The notes under the pieces are model-generated. The model did not search any database. It had not been told where the DNA came from and saw nothing but the letters and a program-made list of their open reading frames with translations. 64,000 bases of DNA from Octopus vulgaris (taxonomy: Eukaryota): positions 179,738,001 to 179,802,000 of the forward strand of contig OX597815.1 in the NCBI GenBank assembly GCA_951406725.2, given 5' to 3'. Position 1 is the first letter of the stretch. Each line of letters starts with the position of its first letter. Shown one piece after another: positions 53,893 through 64,000 of this stretch. The position numbers and the translations under genes were made by a program.

Positions 53893-54619
53893 CTAAAATT
53901 ACAACCTTTCCGGCACAGCACACACGCACGCATGCGCTCACACACACACACACACACACACGCACAGAGGCGGGCACGCACACACACAAATTCCATACAC
54001 ACAAACCTAGCCGCCGCATCAATTCGCCTCGTGTTCACTCTGCAGGGCTCTGGGATGTACCCCACCGACAAAATCGCAGAGGAATATCGACTGTCCCGCC
54101 TCAACCTTGCCTGTCACTGCTGCGGACACCATCCAAAATTAAGAGGAGGAGCCAATGAGGAAGCCTCTGTGGTCATTCAACCTGCTATAAATAACAACCA
54201 AATTGTTTATGAATAAACAAGGTAGCGTCTTAGAAAATGACACAATAGGTGGTCATGGGTTCCTTGGAAAGAAGAAAGAGACGGGATAGCCGCGGCTGGA
54301 GTTCCTTTTACCAAAGAGATGCTTAATGAGGTCTCACCTAGAATTAAACAAGGACAGGTGTATAAGAGTAGAGCGATGAGTCGAAATAAATAGTACGATA
54401 TAACCAAACTGTCACGTTGTGAGCCAATGCAATCCAGCGCTGTTTGTAGTTGGGGAAGACAGCTTCTTAGCACACAGCTATTATGGTTTTAAACATTTTA
54501 AATTTGTACAACACTATGACGAAGAAAAAGTATATCAGGGCAAATATTTACTAAGAAAGAGATTGGTAAAGGACACAAAAACTTTTGCTTAGTTTGAAAA
54601 ATCGCCGACTCAACGAGTA

Positions 54620-54972
54620 TTTACAAAGTCAGAAAACAGCACAGCTCCTATGACTCCAGGAAACATTTTTTCACGCTGAGAGTTGCTGAAGCATGGAACA
54701 AATTGCCGGCATCAGTTGTTAGTTGTCGAAGCACTGCATCCTTCAAAACTTCCATGCTTTCTGAGATTCGCCAACACTACACCTGATTTTCTCAAAACTT
54801 CCATGCTTTCTGAGATTCGCCAACACTACACTTGATTTTCTCCCCTCCATACATACACAAGCATGTATCTGACTCATGCATTGTTTGCTTTCCAGACATT
54901 TGTACATTACTGCATATACTCTGACAACTTGTGGTGGTGCACCTGAGCACTGTATACAATAATTTCATTATA
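54620..54972 (+). mobile_element. CR1-clade LINE 3' end with 49-bp tandem duplication
   Basis: RKHFFTLRVAEAWNKLPASVVSCRSTASFK; duplicated unit starts at 54743 and 54792. Confidence 0.8.
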
Positions 54973-56029
54973 TAAAATTTATCAGTGGCCGAAAGCAAGG
55001 AAGATAACTCAGGAATTTCTCTGTCTTCTGCGCTGCGTCAGTATGCGCTGTTGGCAAAAGAAAAACGATGAGGTTGATGGTCGAAAACAAATAGTTTAGA
55101 GAAATAGAAGACGTTCTAGAGGCGATGGAATGAGGAGACAACGCATCAAACTGTCGGAAGGGTATTACAAGAAATGGCAAGAATTTCATAGGAAATTAAA
55201 TGTATGCTTCGAATAATCTCTCGTCGAATAATCTCTCAACAAAATCTGTCCATATTCCTCTTCCCACGGGAATCTGTAAATTATGCTATACAAAATATGG
55301 TTTTCTAGCAGCGTATAGAATTCTAAACGTTGTAGTTGTACGTTTTTGCCACTTGAACATGGAAAGGTAGCTTAATTGAATGAAATGAAATTTTTAAAAG
55401 TGATAAAATTCATTTTCCTAAAAAGTGTAAGAAAAAAGAAAATTAGTTTCAGTTTTTCAAGGGACATAACTCTAATTCAGGGGAAATAACTCAGTATTGC
55501 CTTGTATATTCGGTTTTCGAGATTCTGAAACAAATTTTGCTGTCTCGGAGAGTCATTATACGTGTGTTATTAATATTGGTATAATGACACACCTAAACTC
55601 AACAGAATTAATTATATTCGTAATATACGTAACGATGGAGCATTTACATAACCACTCGAGCTTCCACCAATATTTTCCAAGTGTGACTCAAATTGTATTA
55701 TAATGCCTTCGAAGAATCCATTACAATATATCTTCAGTGATTCCCAAAACGATAGAGGTAGATCAAAGGTGATCTGAGCTGTATCGTGTTCCATCATCGA
55801 TCAGCTTTGCCAGGGTTCATTTATGACGAAGCAAAACAACAACAACAATTTCTAGCATCTTTGATTTATTAATAGCGAGGTGCAGTCTGGATTAATTTAA
55901 CTGGTTGAAATTCTGTTTGGGAGACCGTGGGGCGTCGGAGAGCTTTTATAGTATGTCTTCTAAAGGTGACTATCTTTGATAGCAAATAAATGTTTATTAA
56001 GTGCTGGCGTCGATGTGTGATAAGAAGGG

Positions 56030-56197
56030 GTTAGGACTTGTTTAGTAAGAAGTTTGCTTCCCAAACACATGATTCCTAGTTCAGTCTTACTCTACTGCGT
56101 GGCACCTTGAGCAAGTACCTTCTGCTATAGCATCGGGACGATTAAAGCCTTGTGATTGAATTTGGTAGATGGAAACCGAAAGAATCTCGTCATGTGT

Positions 56198-56243
<46 letters not shown>

Positions 56244-56637
56244 CGCAGGAGTGGCTGTGTGGTAAGTAGCTTGCTAACCAATCACATGGTTCCGGGTTCA
56301 GTCCCACTGCGTGGCATCTTGGGCAAGTGTCTTCTGCTATAGCCCCGGGCCGACCAATGCCTTGTGAGTGGATTTGGTAGACGGAAACTGAAAGAAGCCT
56401 GTCGTATATATGTATATATATATATGTATGTGTGTGTGTTTGTTCCCCTAGCATTGCTTGACAACCGATCCTGGTGTGTTTACGTCCCCGTCACTTAGCG
56501 GTTCGGCAAAAAGAGATCGATAGAATAAGTACTGGGCTTACAAAAAGAATAAGCCCCGGGGTCGAGCTGTTCGACTAAAGGCGGTGCTCCAGCATGGCCG
56601 CAGTCAAATGACTGAAACAAGTAAAAGAGTAAAAGAG
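56030..56637 (+). mobile_element. SINE family C: old 5' half plus young full copy (56240-56637)
   Basis: Young copy follows the older copy's internal (TA)n. Confidence 0.85.
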
Positions 56638-56957
56638 TATATATATATGTGTGTGCGTGTGTGTGTATAGCAAATAAGAAAATGGAGAACAATAGGTGGT
56701 TCATAAACTTTTGGACATTAAAATGTTAACTTATTTATTAAGCTAATAATTATAATAACATACATACATATAGCATATTATTCTTTGCATATAAGATATA
56801 AAATATAGTAATATATAAGGATACTAGTAATTATTATTTTAAAAAAACGAATATAAATTGGTGTGTGTGTATATATACGCACACACACGCACACACTCCC
56901 TCTCCATGTCTTCCACACAACGTTCGTTAGATTAGGAACAAGTGATATATAAATGTG

Positions 56958-58429
56958 TGTGTTAATTTTGGTGGTGGAATCTCTGAATCTTTTGCTGTGG
57001 AAAATGGAGTAAAGCAAGGAGACCTTGATGCACCCATCCTCTTTGCAGTATACTTTGCTGTAGTATTGCCGAATGCTTTTCAAAACTCTGAGGAGGGTAT
57101 TTACATAAAATATCGAACAACAGGAATGTTTTTAATCTGACCAAACTGAAATTCAAAACGAAGGTTTTTTTTTTACTTCACTCATTAGGGAGCTTTTGAA
57201 CGCTGTCGATTGCGATCTTGTCAGTCATTCTGAAACAGGTCTGCAGTCTCTTGTATTTGCATTTGACTCGGTTTCTGGTGATTTGGGCTTGACCATCAAC
57301 TTGGGGAAAAAAAACCCAGTTCTAATGCATCAACCTGCGTGTGGTGCTGTTTTTAACCCCACTAAAATAAAATTTTTGTTAAGGGAAAGTTACTTGAGGA
57401 TGTCGATTCGTTCGTATGCCTTGGAAACTCTGTTCAAAATGATGGAAATACAGAAATACAGCTGCGAATTCAAAAGACAGCAAAAGTATTTGGTGGCTTG
57501 GAGTCACGCGTTTGGTACCAGCGACATATAAATAAGAATACAAAGCTGACTCTTTGCAAATCATTTGTCTTACCATCCCTGTTGTATTCCTGTGAAACTT
57601 GGACTTCTTATGAAAGGCAATTTAAATTGTTAGAACAATTCCACCAAAAATGCCTTCATCACATTTAAAAAATTAAATGGAGTTTTTTACTCCGAACACA
57701 TATGTCCTTGCATCTGCAGGCATCACCTCAATTAAAGCTATGATTTTGAGGAACCAAATGAGATGGTGTGGCCGTATTGTTCGAATGGTAGATGAACGCA
57801 TGCTGAAACAGCTGTTTTATGGTGAGCTTGCAGAGGGGAAACGCTATCGGTGTAAACCTAAAGAAGGATTTAAGGACGGCATAAGGACTACTATGAAGTC
57901 ACTTGGAATGGTTCCAGAAGATATTGAAACCCTTGCTTCGGATCGAGTTGGATGGCGAACAAAGGTATGGAGTAGAGTGAAAGCATTTGAAGAGGCCAGG
58001 ATAAAGGAAGTAAGACTCAAAAGAGATCTATGGAGGAATGTAACGATCGAGAAGGTGAATGACAATGACATTTTCGTGTGCACAGTCTGTGACAGATCAT
58101 GCCCGTCTTTTGCTAGCCTCAAATCTCATTTGCAAATCCATGGAAAACGAACTTTACCAACTATTCTGCCTATATGTCTGTGCACACCTTTGAATGCAGT
58201 GTATGCCAGAAGGTTTGCAAGTCCAACGGAGGCCTCAAAAGACATTTTAAGATCCATGAGGATCAGAACTCAACAGCAGCTTTTGGTGGTCCAAATCGGA
58301 TATGCAATCTATGTGGGTGTCCTTTCAGAACATTGTCTGGTTTAGAAAGCCACATCAGATACCATGATGGTGCTAAAGTGTAGGTACAGGAGGTGGTTAA
58401 ACTCTGCATAAGGAGTAGACAACCAACAC
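56958..58429 (+). mobile_element. 5'-truncated RTE LINE (RT C-terminal half plus three C2H2 fingers), frameshifted
   Basis: GVKQGDLDAPILF, degenerate YADD (NAVD), LLYSCETWT, QMRWCGRIVRM..RMLKQLFYGEL; three CxxC-x12-HxxxH fingers; ends at (TA)n. Confidence 0.9.
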
Positions 58430-58717
58430 TATATATATATATAATTGTTAAAGGGGTCGACAAACGTTAAGGTAATTACATATCCGCTGCATCGGAAATC
58501 TGCAATAGCTCCATAACTACCGTCTCGGCTATAACCTTGGAGTCCTGGTAATCCGTTACAGTACTTACCTAGCGTACCTAGTCGTTTATATCACCTGTGA
58601 ACTAAATTCCCATGTTTTGTAATATATATACATACATATACTGATTTCAAAAATTTTCTCAACGGAAATCTTGTAAGCTGACAAGGCGAGATGAGTTTAA
58701 CCCTGGGCGCGGTGAAA

Positions 58718-58776
58718 TCAACTGATGAGGGTTAAGATGCATTAAGGATCTGAACGTGAAATCATTGATGATCTGG
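58718..58776 (+). ncRNA. Degenerate hammerhead motif
   Basis: CUGAUGA-G-GGUU-aAGAU..AUCUg-AACG-U-GAA-AUCAUUGAUGAU-C; stem I weak. Confidence 0.5.
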
Positions 58777-58897
58777 CTGTGTCAGCGACCATACGGAGAT
58801 AGTGCTTTTGTTGACTATTGAGTTGTTTTGACTCCTATTTCTAGCAATACTGGTGCTGATTAGTGTCCTTGTTCACTTTCATGAAGTATATATATAT

Positions 58898-59291
58898 TAC
58901 TTGTTTTAGTCATTAGACTGCGGCCATGCTGGAACACCGCCTTTAGTCGAACAAATCGACCCCAGGACTTATTTTTTGCAAGCCTAGTACTTATTCTATT
59001 CGTCACTTTTGCTAAACCACTAAGTTACGGGGACGTAAACACACCAACATTGGTTGTCAAGCGATGGTGGGTGGGATTCAGACGCAGACACACAAATATA
59101 TATTTGTCTGTATGTCTCCATCCATCCGACGGGCTTCTTTCAGTTTCCGTCTACCAAATCCACTCGCAAGGCTTTGATGGCCCAAGGTTATAGTAGAAGA
59201 GACTTGCCGAAGGTACCGCGCAGTGGGACTGAACCTAGAACTATGTGGTTAGGAAGCAAGCTTCTTACCACACAGCCACTCCAGCACCTAT
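58898..59291 (-). mobile_element. SINE family C
   Basis: Full structure present. Confidence 0.82.
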
Positions 59292-59651
59292 AAAACTTAT
59301 GAGGATTTCCATTATGTATGTATGTATGTATGTATGTATGTATGTATGTATGTATGTATGTATGTATGTATGTATGTATGTATGTATGTATGTATGAATG
59401 AATGAATGAATGAATGAATGAATGAATGAATGAATGAATGAATGAATGAGTGGGGGGTCTTCGTTTCTGTAACTCCCCCACAACCGTTTGACAACCGGTG
59501 TTCGTGAGTTTATGTTCCCGTAACTTTGCGGTTCGGCAAAAGACAATAGGTGACAGGCTTTAAAAAAGTACTGAGGTCGATTTGTGTTTAACTACAATTC
59601 CCCAAGGCGATGCTCCAGCATGACAACAGTCTGATGACAGCAGCAAGTACA

Positions 59652-59727
<76 letters not shown>

Positions 59728-60224
59728 CATTTAGTTACGATGTAACTGAGATAATGTCTTTTAAGACGATTGAATCAAGAATGTCTGACTTCATAAAGAC
59801 AGAACTTTGAAATAATGAGTTGAATAAAGGAATCCAGTCTTCTAAGCTGACGCCTTCTGTTCTGTTGTTTTTGTTGTATTGGAATGAACATAAGATCGAA
59901 AAATGCATTTGAATCGTGTAGGTAATTAAATGTGCTGGGAGTGTCGTCATGGGAACGAACAGTCAGTAACAGCTATCCATGGGAAACAACTCTCGATGTT
60001 CACTGACATTATTTTAGAGTTCTCTCCTTTGAACTTTTAGTTCGTGCTTGTGTTTTCCCACGCTTGATAATTCTTTACTACTCTAGGCACATTGACAGAA
60101 ATTTTGGGGAAGTTGGCTAGTCGATTACATCGATCTCAGTACGCAACGGGTACTTAATTTATCGATCCCGAAAGGAAGGCAAAGTTGACCTCGGCTAAAT
60201 TTGAACTCAAAAATAAAGGGTAAA

Positions 60225-60547
60225 GACCCCCTTCGGTCATGAATGACCATGGGATTGCACCTAGAAAGTTACCCTCCTAGACACAAGTCCGGGCAAGGTT
60301 GTTTATGGAAGACCAGCAGTCGCCCATGCATACCAGCCTCCCCTCTCCACACCACCAGTGTTATCCAAGGGAAAGACAAATGTCGATACAGCTTGGCACC
60401 AGTGACGTCGCAACTCATTTCTACAGCTGAGTGAACTGGAGCAACGTGAAATAAAGTGCCTTGCTCAAGAACACAACACGTAGCCCGGTCCGGGATTCGA
60501 GCTCACAACCTCACGATCGTAAGCTCGACGCTCTAACCACTGAGCCA
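60225..60547 (-). mobile_element. tRNA-derived SINE family D nested in a SINE A copy (60070-60602)
   Basis: A-box tggctcagtgg, B-box gctcgaatcc, ttcttgagcaaggcacttt; second tail copy at 60684-60880. Confidence 0.85.
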
Positions 60548-60883
60548 GATACCACTAAGCATTTTGCCCGGCGTGCTTAACGTTTCTGCCAGCTCGGCGC
60601 CTTTCAACGCTTGATAATTAATACACGACTGAAGTTATTTCAAAGGTCACAAACAGCATAAAAGGAACTGTTATCAGTTACTGTGACCCCCTTCGGTCAT
60701 GAATGACCATGGGACTGCACCTAGAAAGTTACCCTCTGAGGCACAAGTCTAGGCAAGGTTGTTTATGGAAGACCAGCAGTCGCCCACTTATACCAACCTT
60801 CCTTCTCCACGCCACCGATGTTATCCAAGGGAAAGACAAAGGGGCCGATACAGCTTGGCACCAGTGACGTCGCAGCTCATTTA

Positions 60884-61181
60884 TTAACGTGCAAGTGGCT
60901 GAGCATTCCACAGACACATGTACCCTTAACGTAGTTCTCGGGGAGATTCAGCGTGACACAGAGTGTAACAAAGCTGGCCCTTTGAAATACAGGTACAACA
61001 GAAACAGGAAAAAAGAGTGATAGACAGTTGTGGTGAAAGAGTACAGCAGGGTTCGACACCACCTCCTGCTGGAGCCTCATTGAGCTTTAGGTGTTTTTAT
61101 TCAATAAACATTCACAACGCCTGGTCTGGGAATCTAAACCGCGAGTCCGCTGCCCTAACCACTGGGCCGTTGCGCCTCCAC
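60884..61181 (-). mobile_element. SINE family B (tail 1, 3'-truncated)
   Basis: Matches 10235-10547. Confidence 0.85.
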
Positions 61182-61417
61182 AGTTAAGAAGTAAAGCTAG
61201 TTTATTAGCATGTGTTTGTTATTCAATGATTCAAGGAAGCGAATTGGTATGCAGTACGATAAGCGACATTTCTTCCGTCATTACATCTAGAATTCAACTT
61301 CCAATGGGAGGGAGTTCAATAAAATAAGTACCAGTTGCATACTGGGGTCGATCTAATCGACTGGTCCCCTCCCCAAAAATTTCGGGCTTTGTACCTAGAG
61401 TAGAAAAGATTATAGTA

Positions 61418-61995
61418 AGGCGGCGAGCTGGCAGAAACGTTAACACGCCGGGCGAAATGCTTAGCCGTATTTCGTCTACCGCTACGTTCTGAGTTCAAAT
61501 TCCGCCGAGGTCGACTTTGCCTTTCATCCTTTCGGGATCGATTAAATAAGTACCAGTTACGCACTGGGGTCAATATAATCGACTTAATCCGTTTGTCTGT
61601 CCTTGTTTGTCCCCTCTGTGTTTAGCCCCCTTGTGGGTAGTAAAGAAATAAGTATTTCGCCTGCCGCTACATTCTGAGTTCAAATTCCGCCAAGGTCGAC
61701 TTTGCCTTTCGTCCTTTCGGGATCGATTAAATAAGTACCAGTTACGCTCTGGGGTCAATATAATCGACTTAATCCGTTTGTCTGTCCTTGTTTGTCCCCT
61801 CTGTGGGTAGTAAAGAAATAAGAAATATTAGCTCACAGGACGAAATGCTTCTGAGTTCAAATTCCACCGAAGTCTACTTTGCTTTTCATCCTTTCGAGGG
61901 TCGATAAATTAAGTACCAGTGGTGTACTGGGGTCGATCAAATCCACTGGCACCCCTCCTCAAAGATTTCGGGCTTTGTGCCTACAGTAGAAAAAG
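61418..61995 (+). mobile_element. SINE family A multimer
   Basis: Units restart at gtatttcg at 61467 and 61652. Confidence 0.85.
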
Positions 61996-62529
61996 ATAAA
62001 ATAAGTACCAGTTAACCATCCCTCAAATTTATATGTGATTAGACATTGGTGAGGTGACAATAAACCTTATCCCAGGGTACGTCCAAAAGATATTTAGTCT
62101 CATTTTTGGTAGCATTCTTTTGTAAATGAAAATAAAACAAGCAAATTTTGTGTAAGAATTATATTTATTTTACTTTATTTTTAACCACTGATATAATTTT
62201 AAGGTGCTGTAGTGTGTTTACGTCCCCGTCATTTAGCGGTTTGGCAAACGAAACCGATAGAATAAGTACTGGGCTTACAAAGAATAAGTCCTGGGGTCGA
62301 TTTGCTCGACTAAAGGCGGTGCTCCAGCATGGCCGCAGTTAAATGACTGAAACGGGTAAAAGAGTAAGCCAGTGCTCCAGCATGGCTGTGGTCGAATGAC
62401 AAACAAGTAACGGGTAAAAGGTAATAGATATCAATGTGGTCACATGACAACAGTCTAATAAGACATTTGTCAAGTTTACCATGTTCTTCCTCAATTCTGT
62501 GACATACTCCACTCTTAAATGGTATGACA

Positions 62530-63314
62530 GGCGGCGAGCTAGCAGAAATGTAAGCACGCCAGTCGAAATGCTTACCGGTATTTCATCTGCCGCTATGTTC
62601 TGAGTTCAAATTCCGCCGAGGTCGACTTTGCCTTTCATCCTTTCGGGGTCGATTAAATAAGTACCAGTTATGCTCTGGAGTCGATATAATCGACTTAATC
62701 CGTTTGTCTGTCCTTGTTTGTCCCCTCTGTGTGTAGCCCCTTGTTGTTAGTAAAGAAATAAGTATTTCGTCTGCCGCTACGGTCTGAGTTCAAATTCTGC
62801 CGAGGTCGACTTTGCCTTTCATCCTTTCGGGGTAGATTAAATAAGTACCAGTTACGCACTGGGGTCGATATAATCAACTTAATCCGTTTGTCTGTCCTTG
62901 TTTGTCCCCTCTGTGTGTTGCCCCCTCTGTGTGTTGCCCCTTGTGGTTAGTAAAGAAATAAGTATTTCGTCTGTCTTTACGTTCTGAGTTCAAATTCCGC
63001 CGAGGTTGACTTTGCCTTTCATCCTTTCGGGGTCGATTAAATAAGTACCAGTTACGCACTGGGGTCGATATAATCGACTCAATCCGTTTGTCTGTCCTTG
63101 TTTGTCCCCACTGTGTGTAGTAAAGAAATAGGTATTTCCTCTGCCGTTACATTCCGAGTTCAAATTCTGCCGAGGTTGACTTTGAATTTCATCCTTTTGG
63201 GGTCGATTAAATAAGTACCAGTTACGCTCTGGAGTCGATATAATCGACTCAATCCGTTTATCTGTCCTTGTTTGTCCTCTCTGTGTTTAGCCCCTTGTGG
63301 GTAGTAAAGAAATA
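62530..63314 (+). mobile_element. SINE family A tetramer
   Basis: One head, with units starting at 62578, 62762, 62962 and 63132. Confidence 0.88.
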
Positions 63315-63674
63315 GTAAAGAAGGTTGTTCCATTATGGATTAATGTATTTGACAGACACACAATGCAAATACAGAAATGCTTTTATGACTCTGTAAACTT
63401 CTGCTTTCAAGGTTGGCATCCAATCAACTCAGCTGCCCATAACTTGACATTTCTCTATTGATTTTTGGAATTCAACAGAGAAATATAAAAATATATATTA
63501 TTGTCTGGAATTTATAAAAAAAAAATCAGGTGAGAGTTTGATGTTTATTTTGAACTGTTGGGAAGAATTGGCTGTGTGAGATTTCACTTTTGAGAACAAT
63601 GTTTTCAGGAAGTACTTTTGGTTTACGAAGAATTATGATTTTGTCTGGAAGAAGCAATGTATGAACATATCTTT

Positions 63675-64000
63675 TATCTTTTAGTTGTCTCAGTCATTAG
63701 AATACAGCCATGCTGGGGCACCGTCTTAAGGAATTTTAGTTCAATGAACAGGCCTTATTTTTTTTTTTTTTTTAAGGCTTGTACTTTTTCAAACCATTTT
63801 GCCAAACCACGAAATTATGGGGACATAAACACACCAACAGCGGTTGTGAAATGGTGGTGGTGAACAAACCACACACACACACACACACACAATGTGTGTG
63901 AAGGTGCATACCTCAGTGGTTAGAGCATCAGGCTCACAATCATGTGGTGGTGAGTTCGATTCCCAGACCAGGCTGCGTGTTGCGTTCTTGAGCAAGACAC
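63675..64000. mobile_element. SINE C 3' half (minus) and SINE D head (plus, 63900-64000)
   Basis: Homology; B-box gagttcgattcc. Confidence 0.75.

Noticed and set aside
62578-63314. Regular repeats superficially like a CRISPR array
   Set aside because: Whole units repeat with no unique spacers; eukaryotic SINE multimer with no cas genes.

Overview
AT-rich, repeat-dense eukaryotic genomic DNA. The (TA)n/(TATG)n/(GATA)n microsatellites and SINE repertoire resemble an octopod cephalopod; this is inferred and not verified. The only clear host gene is the 3' end of a class A neuropeptide-type GPCR on the + strand (TM7 exon 990-1098, terminal exon 5914-6017). There is also an unexplained 182-codon ORF at 43273-43821. 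The rest is mostly transposon debris: four or five tRNA-derived SINE families, RTE, R4/Dong-like and CR1 LINE fragments, Tc1 (DD36E spacing), mariner, maT-like, Tigger and MULE relics, two MITEs with 8-bp TSDs, and Helitron and Helentron-type non-autonomous elements. The most notable signal was found by eye: about 11 minimal type-I hammerhead-ribozyme motifs in several unrelated short repeats, most beside microsatellites. One sits in the tail of a tRNA-headed SINE-like element, suggesting a Penelope-mobilised or retrozyme-like system. Most ORF-track entries are microsatellite or SINE artefacts.
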